Below, piece after piece: positions 39,918-49,224 of a stretch of 64,000 nucleotides of DNA. A program made the translations under genes and the position numbers. Source of the stretch: an uncultured virus (IMG/VR IMGVR_UViG_3300021365_002389) (lineage: Duplodnaviria; Heunggongvirae; Uroviricota; Caudoviricetes); IMG/VR virus record IMGVR_UViG_3300021365_002389, positions 1 to 64,000 of that record. The stretch is one strand, 5' to 3'. Under the pieces are notes generated by a model. That model made no database searches. It saw nothing but the letters and a program-made list of their open reading frames with translations, and was not told where the DNA came from. Position 1 is the first letter of the stretch. Each line of letters starts with the position of its first letter.

Positions 39918-41288
39918 CTATTTCCTCAACTTATCTTTATCTGTATATTTAAAGTTTTTGTTTCCAAAGAAAAACTCTGCCTCTTGCATCCTTCTTTTTC
40001 TAAATGCTGGGGTTAGATCTAAAAACGCTGAATATATTTCTTGCGGACTTCCTTTTCGATTCATGACTTTAGCAATTCTTAAAAGTGCTCTAGGCCCGCA
40101 CTGATATGATGCAGAAGTAACGGCGATTATCATGTCATCAGTAACCTCTACATCTTTTTTCAGATTGCCTATGAATCTCTTAACTGTTGGCACTACATCA
40201 TGCTCAAGCATTAATCTTTGTGCTTCAATCGGTGAAATGCTTGTATAATCTCCAGGTACAATTTTTGAATAGTTCGTAGTACCGTATTTAACCCAGGCTG
40301 TTTTTGGCACAGGTTTAAGTTTTCCGTCTCTGTCTAAACTGCCGACAGTTCCCCAGGTTGATCTTGGTCTAGTCTCCTGCAAGATAGACTCAAGCTTTGC
40401 TCGGCGGGCAGATCCGCCCGATCGTGGCGAGTCATCGACAACAGAACCATATCCGGCGCTATCAAGGCGCTCCTTGGTTCTTGTGTTGTAATCCCAATCT
40501 TCTCTTATTTGCGGAATAAAACCTTCGTGAGAGGCAATAAATTCGCCCAGTTCAGTTGTTGCCGCAGAAGAAAGAAGTGTGCCACCGGCTCGCAGATCAC
40601 CGGCAAGTTCAAAATCTGCTACTGAGTAAATCGTATTACACTTTTGTTTCAGTTGTGCCGGCGAGATCGCTCCAGCAGTTCTTGCATTCGATCCAGGGTT
40701 TTGTGATCCAGCATCTGCTTTCCCTGTTGCCGGAGTTACAGATGACGGTTGTATAAAATCACTACAAACCTTAAAGGCTGAACTGGGTGTTAGACCGGCT
40801 ATATCAACTCCTCTAGTATAGTTTGATTTTATGGTGCCATTAAAAAATTCTAATGGCGACTTTGGATATTGAAGGTCACCAAGAAACTCAGATCCTGGCT
40901 CCAAAGATGAAAACAAGTTAGCTTGAGTTGAGCTAAACTCTGGGTGTAGGAAAGCCTTACATATTTGAAGTCTACCAAAAGCGGTATCCTCATTAGGTGG
41001 TCCCTCTATTATTGGCAGATAGTCATGTATGTTTCTTGCTCGGCCTCTTACGGAAACAGTTGCCAATGCGCCCTCTCCCCTTGTTACCGGCTTAGTAATA
41101 GCCTTACACACATAATCATTTTTGTCTGCGGTTATGTCCGTGGTATACTGTTGTCTGATAATTTTTTTGAACTCAGACACACCATTATTAGAATCTAGAT
41201 CAAAACCTCTTCGTAGAGGAGCTTCTTTTCTGCGTGGAGTTGTAGCTGGGTTGGGGTTCAAACCTCTATTTGTTTTAGGGACTGACAT
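39918..41288 (-). CDS. Baseplate hub protein with C-terminal GH24 (phage lysozyme-like) domain
   Basis: FIASHEGF-x-D (E-x8-D), SAGYG, AVTSASYQCG and RKRRMQEAEFF match the GH24 pattern. Confidence 0.65.
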   Translation of the reverse strand: MSVPKTNRGLNPNPATTPRRKEAPLRRGFDLDSNNGVSEFKKIIRQQYTTDITADKNDYVCKAITKPVTRGEGALATVSVRGRARNIHDYLPIIEGPPNEDTAFGRLQICKAFLHPEFSSTQANLFSSLEPGSEFLGDLQYPKSPLEFFNGTIKSNYTRGVDIAGLTPSSAFKVCSDFIQPSSVTPATGKADAGSQNPGSNARTAGAISPAQLKQKCNTIYSVADFELAGDLRAGGTLLSSAATTELGEFIASHEGFIPQIREDWDYNTRTKERLDSAGYGSVVDDSPRSGGSARRAKLESILQETRPRSTWGTVGSLDRDGKLKPVPKTAWVKYGTTNYSKIVPGDYTSISPIEAQRLMLEHDVVPTVKRFIGNLKKDVEVTDDMIIAVTSASYQCGPRALLRIAKVMNRKGSPQEIYSAFLDLTPAFRKRRMQEAEFFFGNKNFKYTDKDKLRK

Positions 41289-41582
41289 TTACTTTTCCTC
41301 GTTTATAATGTCAAATAGACTGTCTTTATCCTCATCAGATAATGCATTTGAATTTGATTGACTTTCTTTTTTATAAACTAGTGTAGCTAGCTTGACAAGT
41401 TGCTCATTACTTCTTTGCAAAGTTTCAACAAATTTAGCTGCTATATTTCCAGAATCTGAATATCGATCTTTCGAAACGCTCATATACTCTTTAAGTTCGT
41501 CAAGAAGTATTTCAGTTTCTTGACGATCATTGTTTATATTAGCAAGTGCTTGTTCTATTAAAGAATCTAGATCTTTTCTCAT
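41289..41582 (-). CDS. Small helical hypothetical protein
   Basis: 97-aa ORF with GAGG ribosome-binding site, abutting the next gene. Confidence 0.6.
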   Translation of the reverse strand: MRKDLDSLIEQALANINNDRQETEILLDELKEYMSVSKDRYSDSGNIAAKFVETLQRSNEQLVKLATLVYKKESQSNSNALSDEDKDSLFDIINEEK

Positions 41583-41598
41583 ATTTTGCCCTCGAATA

Positions 41599-41604
41599 TA
41601 AATA
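41599..41604 (-). promoter_or_regulatory. Candidate late promoter element TATTTA at the head of the baseplate module
   Basis: - strand TTC-TATTTA-TATTCGAGGGCAAAATATG, directly downstream of the sigma-like gene. Confidence 0.5.
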
Positions 41605-41609
41605 GAACG

Positions 41610-42299
41610 TCACTTAATTTCTCCCCTGTCCCATTTTTCCTTAAAAACTCTAAACCTGGCTCGCATTTTATTTAGACAACCAACTATCTGTTTGGTGTTT
41701 AGCCCTGTTATCTCTCTCATATAAAGATAAACCGCTTTTTTATTAAAAATTTCTATGTCTTCTATGTTTTTCATTAAAGTTAGTACGGCATCTAAAACTT
41801 TTTGATCGTTTCCTTTCATCTTTAGTCTTTGCCAACTTTCTACTTCATTCAGTAAAAAAGCCCAAAATTCTCTTTCCTCTGCCTCAGATAAAAAATCCGA
41901 CCTGTTAACATCGGCGATCTCTACCTCTTTTATCATGAGATCATAATTTATCTCTCTTTTGTTTTTTTGAGTTTGTTTTTTAGCCTTGTGGGTAAACCAG
42001 TTTTTCGTTACAACAGAAAAATATGAGAAAGCCTTAGTGCCTTGTGTAGGATCAAACTTAGACAATATTGTTGTTAGCCAAATTTTACAGTCGTCTTTTA
42101 ATACATCAATGTTTTCAAGGGAAGTAAATTTATAAGTATATACGATCTTGTCAACAAGCTCATTAAACGCTGGCTGGATTTGTTCTATGTAAAGTTTAGA
42201 CCTTACAGATAGATCATCAGTGCTGCAATAAGCAATTATTGCTCTCTCCGTATCTTTTGTAAAGTAATGGTTTTTATTCCTCTTCTTGGTCGATTTCAA
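41610..42299 (-). CDS. Phage sigma factor (gp55/sigma70 region 2-like), probable late sigma
   Basis: KNHYFT; LVDKIVYTYKF; KFDPTQGTKAFSYFSVVTKNWF resembles the sigma region 2.3 motif (KFDP..G.kFstYa / NPFAYFT); C-terminal HTH-like REITGLNTKQI. Confidence 0.7.
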   Translation of the reverse strand: MKSTKKRNKNHYFTKDTERAIIAYCSTDDLSVRSKLYIEQIQPAFNELVDKIVYTYKFTSLENIDVLKDDCKIWLTTILSKFDPTQGTKAFSYFSVVTKNWFTHKAKKQTQKNKREINYDLMIKEVEIADVNRSDFLSEAEEREFWAFLLNEVESWQRLKMKGNDQKVLDAVLTLMKNIEDIEIFNKKAVYLYMREITGLNTKQIVGCLNKMRARFRVFKEKWDRGEIK

Positions 42300-42552
42300 A
42301 ATTTACCTTCATTCCTGTTATGAACTCTGAAAAATCTTTCGTATGATTTAGGAGCCCTTGTAGAGTTGTGTCTCCATAAAACGTTTCAAGACCATAAACC
42401 TTTTCTAGGTGATCGTGATATACCTGTATCATATCCGAAAGGGCTTCAAAGTTTGTAGAAAAATAATTAAAGCGAATCAAAAGCTGCCTAACATACCAAA
42501 CAAAGAAAATATTACAGATAACAGAAAAGGCCAAAATATAATAAAGAGTCAT
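42274..42552 (-). CDS. Small protein with N-terminal transmembrane helix
   Basis: Hydrophobic YYILAFSVICNIFFVWYV followed by a helical region; YGDTTL. Confidence 0.6.
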   Translation of the reverse strand: MTLYYILAFSVICNIFFVWYVRQLLIRFNYFSTNFEALSDMIQVYHDHLEKVYGLETFYGDTTLQGLLNHTKDFSEFITGMKVNFEIDQEEE

Positions 42553-42809
42553 TTTCTTACCTCTTTCCTTTTTTTAGCTTTTTCATTTTCTATCTCTTTC
42601 TTAGCTTCTTCTATTGTCTCTATGACAACGCTTCCAATTTCTGGTTTTTTTTGTGTAACTTTATTTCTCACATTTATTGGGTTTCCAAGAAATTTTGAAA
42701 CAGTGCCGATTTCACCACAAATCTCACACTTTGTTATTTCATCTTTATAAGAATGAATTACATCAAATTGTTGATTGCACTTATTGCAAACATAGGTGTA
42801 CTTTGGCAT
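42549..42809 (-). CDS. FmdB-family zinc-ribbon protein
   Basis: MPKYTYVCNKCNQQF...CEICG. Confidence 0.8.
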   Translation of the reverse strand: MPKYTYVCNKCNQQFDVIHSYKDEITKCEICGEIGTVSKFLGNPINVRNKVTQKKPEIGSVVIETIEEAKKEIENEKAKKRKEVRK

Positions 42810-42985
42810 TACTCTGTTTCAAATACCTGAGTTTTAAAACTGGGTGGGTTTGTTACAGTAACATCGCCCGCTTCATTAATTTCTAAATCCCAATCAGACA
42901 AAAGCTCAGTAATATCTTTCTCTTCTGCAAGGCACTTCTGAAGTGTCATCAATAGTGCTCCAATTGCTTGCTGTGATAATTTCAT
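42809..42985 (-). CDS. 58-aa hypothetical protein (not in ORF track)
   Basis: Hand translation MKLSQQAIGALLMTLQKCLAEEKDITELLSDWDLEINEAGDVTVTNPPSFKTQVFETE*. It has an AGGAG ribosome-binding site, an ATGA overlap with the gmd stop and a TAATG overlap with the next gene. Confidence 0.75.
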   Translation of the reverse strand: MKLSQQAIGALLMTLQKCLAEEKDITELLSDWDLEINEAGDVTVTNPPSFKTQVFETE

Positions 42986-43992
42986 TTTATTTCTCCTTTA
43001 TTTTTTGCGACGAGTTTATAGTCTTCCTCGTACATTTGTTTTGCTAATTCTTTAAATGTTATTTTTGGTTCCCAGTTTAATTTCTTTTTTGCTTTTTCGG
43101 GATTACCGAGAAGATAAGGAACTTCATGGGGTCTGAAAAGTCTTGGGTCAATATACAGATGTTTATCGACATCAAGACCAGCATGTGAGAAAACTTCTTC
43201 CAAAAATTCTCTAACTGTATGAGTTTCGCCTGTGGCGATAACATAATCATCTGGCTCATCTTGTTGTAGCATGAGCCACATGGCCTCGGTATAGTCGCCA
43301 GCGAAACCCCAGTCTCTTTTTGCCTCTAGGTTACCTAAGAAAAGTTTGTCTTGTAACCCCTGTTTGATTCTGGCTGCTGCTAAAGTTATCTTCCTTGTAA
43401 CAAACGTTTCGCCTCGGCGTGGAGACTCATGATTAAAAAGTATTCCACTTGAAACATGCATACCATATGCTAGTCGATAATTTCTACAGAGATTGTGAGC
43501 AAATACTTTAGCACAAGCATACGGAGATGCTGGCATTAAGCTAGAATCCTCATTGAAAGGATAATTTGGATTATCGCCATACATTTCTGAAGATGATGCT
43601 TGGTAAAATTTTGCATTTGGTACAAGTTCCTTACAGGCATTTAAAAGCCGCAAGGTTCCCATAGCTATTCCATCTACCGTGTGTTCAGGTATTTCAAAAG
43701 ATACTCTAACATGCGACATCGCTGCTAGATTATAGATCTCGTCTGGCTTGTATTTATTTATTAGTTCCCATGTTCTAGAAGTGTCGTTAAGGTCATAAAA
43801 TTCAAGAATAAAATTTGGCCTATCAAATAAACGATCGATCCTGTCAGTACAGATAGTAGAGGTTCTTCTTTTTGCCCCAATCACTCTGTACCCTTTATCT
43901 AATAAAAGTTCTACAAGATATGATCCGTCTTGTCCTGTTACGCCAGTAACAAAAGCTGTCTTATTGTAGGACTTTGTTTGCGTACCAGTCAT
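42982..43992 (-). CDS. gmd: GDP-mannose 4,6-dehydratase
   Basis: VTGVTGQDGSYL, YNLAAMSHVRVSF, QASSSEMYG, SPYACAK, LFNHESPRRGETFVTRKIT, RDWGFAGDY. Confidence 0.95.
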   Translation of the reverse strand: MTGTQTKSYNKTAFVTGVTGQDGSYLVELLLDKGYRVIGAKRRTSTICTDRIDRLFDRPNFILEFYDLNDTSRTWELINKYKPDEIYNLAAMSHVRVSFEIPEHTVDGIAMGTLRLLNACKELVPNAKFYQASSSEMYGDNPNYPFNEDSSLMPASPYACAKVFAHNLCRNYRLAYGMHVSSGILFNHESPRRGETFVTRKITLAAARIKQGLQDKLFLGNLEAKRDWGFAGDYTEAMWLMLQQDEPDDYVIATGETHTVREFLEEVFSHAGLDVDKHLYIDPRLFRPHEVPYLLGNPEKAKKKLNWEPKITFKELAKQMYEEDYKLVAKNKGEIK

Positions 43993-44863
43993 ACGTCTGC
44001 TCCACTCCGTCTTTAAAGTTTATAAAATTATATTCACCAATCAAATCAATTAACTTCTCATTAGATCCATCTTTCCTAAACTGACCATCAAGGTTGTTGT
44101 TATAAAAAACTTCACAATTCTTTCCTGATTTCTCCTTGATCATCGATACCATTTCTGATATAGACAAGTTCTCATAAGGTGCTACAATCAAAGGGACTTC
44201 AGTGTGATGTTTGTCTAAAAGAATGGGAATTATATTTGCCAAATCATCAACGTACAATTGTTGCCGGAGTGGTTTTCCGGTTCCCCAAACTTCAACTGTG
44301 TCGCCATCACTCGCCTCGGAAAACTTTCTTATCATGGCCGGCACAAAGTGAGATGTGTTAAGGTTGAAATTATCTCCCGGACCATACAAATTAGATGGAC
44401 AAAAGGAACTATAATTTAAACCGTACTGTCTCCTGTACGCTAAAATTTGTATTAACAGGCTCCTCTTAGCATACCCATATGATATGTTGGTAGCCGCAGG
44501 AGGTCCATCAAATATATCTTCTTCGGTTAGTGGGTATTTTTTTACAACATCTGGGAATGTACATGTACTCAAAGAAGCTAGCACTCTTTTAACACCATTC
44601 TCGTAAGCCTTTTGAACGATGTTTGTGTTCATAGTTATGTTCATATAGTAGAAGTCTGCTGGTCGGTCGTCATTGGCTTTTATGCCTCCTACTTGACCCG
44701 CTAAATGAACCACAGCGTCGGGCTTTAATTCTTTGTACATCCTATCACAGTCACCTGAGTCCATTAGGTTATAATCTTTCGAAGAAAGATATGTCCAATC
44801 TGGCTTGATTAATTGCAGCCTTTTACCTACAAATCCAGAACCACCAGTTACTACAACTTTCAT
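43961..44863 (-). CDS. fcl: GDP-L-fucose synthase-like epimerase/reductase
   Basis: GGSGFVG, LAGQVGGIKAN, STCTFP, YGYAK, NLYGPGDNF...SHFVPAMIRKF, VWGTGKPLR. Confidence 0.85.
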   Translation of the reverse strand: MKVVVTGGSGFVGKRLQLIKPDWTYLSSKDYNLMDSGDCDRMYKELKPDAVVHLAGQVGGIKANDDRPADFYYMNITMNTNIVQKAYENGVKRVLASLSTCTFPDVVKKYPLTEEDIFDGPPAATNISYGYAKRSLLIQILAYRRQYGLNYSSFCPSNLYGPGDNFNLNTSHFVPAMIRKFSEASDGDTVEVWGTGKPLRQQLYVDDLANIIPILLDKHHTEVPLIVAPYENLSISEMVSMIKEKSGKNCEVFYNNNLDGQFRKDGSNEKLIDLIGEYNFINFKDGVEQTYDWYANKVLQ

Positions 44864-46146
44864 TAGATTTTTATCTCCCCATCTTTTGTCACAATATGAG
44901 GATACGGCATCGGAAACATCAGCTTGCCGCCTGCCTGAATATAAGGCTGTTCCCTTTCGACAATTTCGTCTTTAAAGTACCAAGGTAATACAAGCATACA
45001 ACTAGGATTAAGAGACCGAGCGTGTTCCTCAGATATTAATTCTATGTCTGTGCCCAGCGTTCGTAATCCAACTTTATCTGGGTTGCGTTCGCTAATGTAA
45101 GGAAGCATTTTATTATCGATACCAAAAAGCTGAAGTAGCATGTTACCTTTAGTTGATGCTCCGAGACCTAGGACAAGCTCGCCTCTTTCAATTTCCGAAA
45201 GCATGGAGTTTTTAATTCTATCTCTAAGATCTTTTATTTTGTCATAAAACTCAACGTAAGTCTTTGGCTCATAGAGATTTAGTTCGTCCTCTTTCTTCAG
45301 AAGTTTTACAAGATCATCACTTTGAGCATCAGGGTGTTCAATGTGCTTAATGAAAACACGAGCAGACCCACCATTGACGTTGTTTAAGCTAGCGTCTACA
45401 ATTTTTAATCCATTTCTATTCATCAGTGTTTCAAGAACTTGCAGCGAATAATATTCCAAGTGTTCGTTACAAATATCATAAAAATTAATATTCTCAAGCA
45501 TTAAAGGCAAGTAACTCAACTGAATACACCAGACACCATCTTTGTCCAGACATTTTTTGATTGCAGCTACAAAGCTATTTGGATCATCAAGATCATAAAA
45601 CATGGCGCAACTTGTAAATGCCTTTACTTTTCTTCCTGCCAGTGTTGATTCCACGGCCTGCCAAGAAAAGTAATCATTAACAATTGTTATTGATTCATCG
45701 ACATGATCCCATTCAATATTTTCTGCTGGCTCAACTCCTACTCTCGCCAAAGAAGAGTCAAAGTAAGACAACATGGTGCAATCATTTGCACCAATATCAA
45801 GAACAACATCTCCACCATTCAAGTCTACTCTAGATGTAACATCGTCAACAACCTCTCTAAGGTCCTTGCGCATCGTATCACTTACGGCGGAGCGATAAAA
45901 GTATTGCTTGTATAATAAATCTGGCTTCACAGTTTCTTTGAGTTGTAAAAGTCCACAATTTTTACTATTTTTACTTTTGTCACAAAGAACTAAAGTCTGC
46001 CTAACAAGTAAACCTGCTAAATGATTATCTTTATTCGTTCGAACAAATGTCGGAGACAAATGTTGTTCCTCAATAGAGATAACCTCAGTCAAGTCCTGTG
46101 ATCCACAAATGCGGCACTGTGTAATATTTTTAAAGTGGTTTGTCAT
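44863..46146 (-). CDS. NDP-hexose C-methyltransferase (Zn-binding N-terminus, SAM domain, C-methyltransferase C-terminus)
   Basis: CRICGS...C...CGLLQL; LDIGAND; CNEHLEYYS; GASTKGN; LVLPWYFKDEI. Confidence 0.85.
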   Translation of the reverse strand: MTNHFKNITQCRICGSQDLTEVISIEEQHLSPTFVRTNKDNHLAGLLVRQTLVLCDKSKNSKNCGLLQLKETVKPDLLYKQYFYRSAVSDTMRKDLREVVDDVTSRVDLNGGDVVLDIGANDCTMLSYFDSSLARVGVEPAENIEWDHVDESITIVNDYFSWQAVESTLAGRKVKAFTSCAMFYDLDDPNSFVAAIKKCLDKDGVWCIQLSYLPLMLENINFYDICNEHLEYYSLQVLETLMNRNGLKIVDASLNNVNGGSARVFIKHIEHPDAQSDDLVKLLKKEDELNLYEPKTYVEFYDKIKDLRDRIKNSMLSEIERGELVLGLGASTKGNMLLQLFGIDNKMLPYISERNPDKVGLRTLGTDIELISEEHARSLNPSCMLVLPWYFKDEIVEREQPYIQAGGKLMFPMPYPHIVTKDGEIKI

Positions 46147-47615
46147 ATTTTTTTCCTATAAATATTGCATGTTACTTTTCTGTCTTTTACTTCTTTTCGA
46201 AGAATTGATGGGTCAGTGTATATTGAATCACCACGATGATGAGTTGTAGAAACTTCTTCGATAACACAACCATTCAAAGTCTGGAAAGCGTGTGGTACAT
46301 TTCTGACAATAAGAAATGGCTCTCCAAGCTTTAAGTCAACAGTTTTTCCTTTTACGGCAATAGAACAGTCACCGTGTATTAACTCAAAGGTTTCTTCTTT
46401 TCTTATGTGATAATGCTCTGGGTGTTTTTGTCCTGGTAACATTACAATTAGCTTTTTACAATATTCTCTATTAACCTTATCAATGATAAAGGCACCATAT
46501 CTTTCAAAATTTTCCAATCCGTAATGACAAGAAATTTCACACTTATCTTTTGGGGTAACTGGTATTTTTGCGTGTTCTAAAACTTCTCTAACAGAGTCAC
46601 AGATTTTATGTGTCTCATCATCAGTTTTATTTATAATGTTTTCTAGACAGAGTTTTTCATTTCTGCTTTTTGCCACTTCAAGAGCAGAGCCCAAAACCAT
46701 ATCAATTTTTGATACATCCAGTTGATCCTCTTGGCAAGGCATTGCATAAAAAAGATCTTCTTCTGAGAGGGTGTGACCTTTGGGCAAATCTTCCCTAATA
46801 TACACTCCCCTTTTGAGGTTTCTCAAAGATTGTTTCTGCGTGTTAGATTTACCCTCAAAAGCAGACTGGTAACGCATCAAATCAACTATCATATTTTCAT
46901 ACTGTTCTCTAGTGCATGAATAAGCATTAAGATTTACTGTGTCTGTCTTTTTACCAACATGTTTTTCAAATATCGTACAACCCATGGCACGAGCATGTGA
47001 AGCTAACGATACCTCATCTGGTGATTCGTGAGTAGAAAAACCTATTTCTATATCAGGAAAAGTATCCCTAAGCGTTAGAATTCTAGACAAGTCTGCACTA
47101 GAAGTTGGTGTCGGATAATCCCCCACACAGTGCATGAAAGCAAAATCTCTATTGTTAGCCTTGAATAAGTTGTATGCTTTTTGTAGTACCGGTATTTCTG
47201 TGCCGGCGGTTGACATAACAATTTTTCTTTGTATTTTTGCAACCTGCCTTAAGAGTGGCCAATCATCAGCAGAACAACTAGCTATCTTTAGTATATCAAC
47301 ATCAAGTTCCTCGAACAATCTTAAAGATTCATTATCAAAAGGCGTTGCGACAGTTTTCATACCTTTTGATTTTGCATATTCTAAAATTTGTCGAAAATCC
47401 TCTACCTCTAGTCTAGTCTCATTAAACCTTTTAACATATTTCAGTCCAGAGTTCTTGAAATCAGGATGAATAAAGGTGTCAAGGTTACGAAACTGAACTT
47501 TTAAACCTACGTTTAAATCGTATTTGTTTTTAACTTCTACGAAATCATCAATAATAGCTTTTGCATGTTGCACACTACCCTGATGATTGTTAGCCATTTC
47601 TAAAATAAAAAACAT
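46143..47615 (-). CDS. neuB: NeuB-family nonulosonate synthase fused to SAF and C-terminal cupin (lyxose-isomerase-like) domains
   Basis: ILEMANNHQGS, TPFD, KIAS, MSTAG, HCVGDYPT, GFSTHE, FEKHV; cupin EYCKKLIVMLPGQKHPEHYHIRKEETF...HAF...IEEVST. Confidence 0.85.
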   Translation of the reverse strand: MFFILEMANNHQGSVQHAKAIIDDFVEVKNKYDLNVGLKVQFRNLDTFIHPDFKNSGLKYVKRFNETRLEVEDFRQILEYAKSKGMKTVATPFDNESLRLFEELDVDILKIASCSADDWPLLRQVAKIQRKIVMSTAGTEIPVLQKAYNLFKANNRDFAFMHCVGDYPTPTSSADLSRILTLRDTFPDIEIGFSTHESPDEVSLASHARAMGCTIFEKHVGKKTDTVNLNAYSCTREQYENMIVDLMRYQSAFEGKSNTQKQSLRNLKRGVYIREDLPKGHTLSEEDLFYAMPCQEDQLDVSKIDMVLGSALEVAKSRNEKLCLENIINKTDDETHKICDSVREVLEHAKIPVTPKDKCEISCHYGLENFERYGAFIIDKVNREYCKKLIVMLPGQKHPEHYHIRKEETFELIHGDCSIAVKGKTVDLKLGEPFLIVRNVPHAFQTLNGCVIEEVSTTHHRGDSIYTDPSILRKEVKDRKVTCNIYRKKI

Positions 47616-48292
47616 TATTGATCCTTAAATATATTCTTTGCTTGAGTTAAATCTTGTTCGGTGTCAATGTCTATATTATAGTCATCTTCCATAAGATATG
47701 GAATACACCGCTCACCTATGATACTACTTTTTTTAGTAATTGTATCGGCTTTAATTATATCAATGCAAGCATTTTGATAAAAGCTAGTTCTTAATACCTG
47801 TCTCGGCGAGGAATGTAAATCATTATCAGGTATAACCGGCGTCAAAAATCCTTGCTTTTCCATAAACCAAGACTTGAACGGAGATTTTTCCATCCTTGTG
47901 ACAGACCTAAGGGAATCAACAATCTCGTAATTATTTTCAAACTTGGTTACTGCTTCTTGGATTATTTTAGCATTTATTTGTGGAGACGTCGCTCTCAAGT
48001 GAATAACATAATCATATTGATTATGATCAGATAAGAAATCCTGAAAACATTCAAAATCCGTTGTGAGATCCCCAGCCAACCAATAAGGTCGGTTATGTAC
48101 TTTGGCACCTAAAGTTTTTGCTAAAGATTTAATTTCTTCGTCCTCAGAAGATACCCAAACATCATCAATACCAGCGGCAAAGGCTGCTTTTATAGGATAT
48201 GACAATAGAGCTTGACCGTTTATCTTAACTAGGTTTTTCCTTGGTATGCTTTTGCTACCACCTCTTGCTAAGATAACCACACACTTTTTCAT
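47615..48292 (-). CDS. neuA: Acylneuraminate (ulosonate) cytidylyltransferase
   Basis: ILARGGSKSIPRKN, VSSED, LRATSP, QNACID, IDIDTEQD. Confidence 0.9.
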   Translation of the reverse strand: MKKCVVILARGGSKSIPRKNLVKINGQALLSYPIKAAFAAGIDDVWVSSEDEEIKSLAKTLGAKVHNRPYWLAGDLTTDFECFQDFLSDHNQYDYVIHLRATSPQINAKIIQEAVTKFENNYEIVDSLRSVTRMEKSPFKSWFMEKQGFLTPVIPDNDLHSSPRQVLRTSFYQNACIDIIKADTITKKSSIIGERCIPYLMEDDYNIDIDTEQDLTQAKNIFKDQ

Positions 48293-48317
48293 AGGTATTC
48301 ACGACCCTCTAATAGTG

Positions 48318-48346
48318 ATTGTATATCTTGATCGAAAAAATGTTTA
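48318..48346 (-). promoter_or_regulatory. Possible sigma70-type promoter upstream of neuA
   Basis: - strand TAAACA-N17-TACAAT in a 62-nt intergenic gap. Confidence 0.4.
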
Positions 48347-48354
48347 GTAAAAAT

Positions 48355-49224
48355 TTAAGGTAATTCAGAAATTGGAAATAAATCAAACCAAGTTTGCTTG
48401 TTTAAGTTCATAATTTTTATATCTTTATTGTTAGCACTGTCAAGCAAAATTGTCAAGTCAGATATGAGATTTTTGTGATTGTCTTCCCAAAGGGTAAAAT
48501 GATCTTGGTGAAGTGCGATATCTTTTCTTGCATATCCCAACCTATAACTTAAATCAACACCAGACAAATATATTGGACTACATCCCATAAGAATAGCAAA
48601 AGCGATCGCATGTAGCGCAACTGTGTCCCCAGTGCTATAATGTCTATCAAGTCCTGTTTGTTTTTGTAGCTCTTCTTGTATTGTTAGTTGTGTCCTATCA
48701 ATCATTTTACAACACCTGCCATGCAGGTCAAAACCTGCCCAGCCATCAGGATAACCGATACGAGGTGGATGCCACATGGCACTATTGTTGCCATACTCTT
48801 TATAATCAAAGTTTTTATTTTTCACTTGATAGTCTTTAAAAGACTTAAGTATTTTAACACAATTGTGGCCTTTGAAATGTCTTTGATCATATGGTAAGTA
48901 ATCACATTGCAAGATAGATTGAATATATTCATCACTTGAAAAATCACCGTCAGTCGAATAAAGAACTGGTGACTTGTACTTATTCATTATTTCGTGCATT
49001 ACAGGGAAAGAAAACTGCGAATTAGAAATCACCCAATAATCAGGCGCAATTTTAAAATAATCATACCAATTGTTTACAGAAAATCTTATGATCTCATTAT
49101 TATTCTGCAACTCCTCTATTCGCTCTTTATCCTCATTAAGACTAGGACCGTGACCACAAATAACAGCAGCAGTCCCTTTGTGTTTATCGATAATATCTGC
49201 TAGCTTTAATTTATTTGCTTTCAT
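48355..49224 (-). CDS. MAF/DUF115 (MptE-like) family protein, putative nonulosonate transferase
   Basis: KHKGTAAVICGHGPSL, SVNN...PDYWV, TVALHAIAFAILMGCSPIYLSGVDLSY; adjacent to neuA/neuB. Confidence 0.75.
   Translation of the reverse strand: MKANKLKLADIIDKHKGTAAVICGHGPSLNEDKERIEELQNNNEIIRFSVNNWYDYFKIAPDYWVISNSQFSFPVMHEIMNKYKSPVLYSTDGDFSSDEYIQSILQCDYLPYDQRHFKGHNCVKILKSFKDYQVKNKNFDYKEYGNNSAMWHPPRIGYPDGWAGFDLHGRCCKMIDRTQLTIQEELQKQTGLDRHYSTGDTVALHAIAFAILMGCSPIYLSGVDLSYRLGYARKDIALHQDHFTLWEDNHKNLISDLTILLDSANNKDIKIMNLNKQTWFDLFPISELP

Noticed and set aside
30750..41288. Extracellular contractile injection system or T6SS instead of a phage
   Set aside because: Co-located primase, resolvase, nucleotidase, sigma factor and head-type leader proteins fit a replicating phage.
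41597..41604. Exact T4 late promoter TATAAATA on the + strand
   Set aside because: It points away from all genes; interpreted instead as the reverse complement of the coding-strand TATTTA motif.
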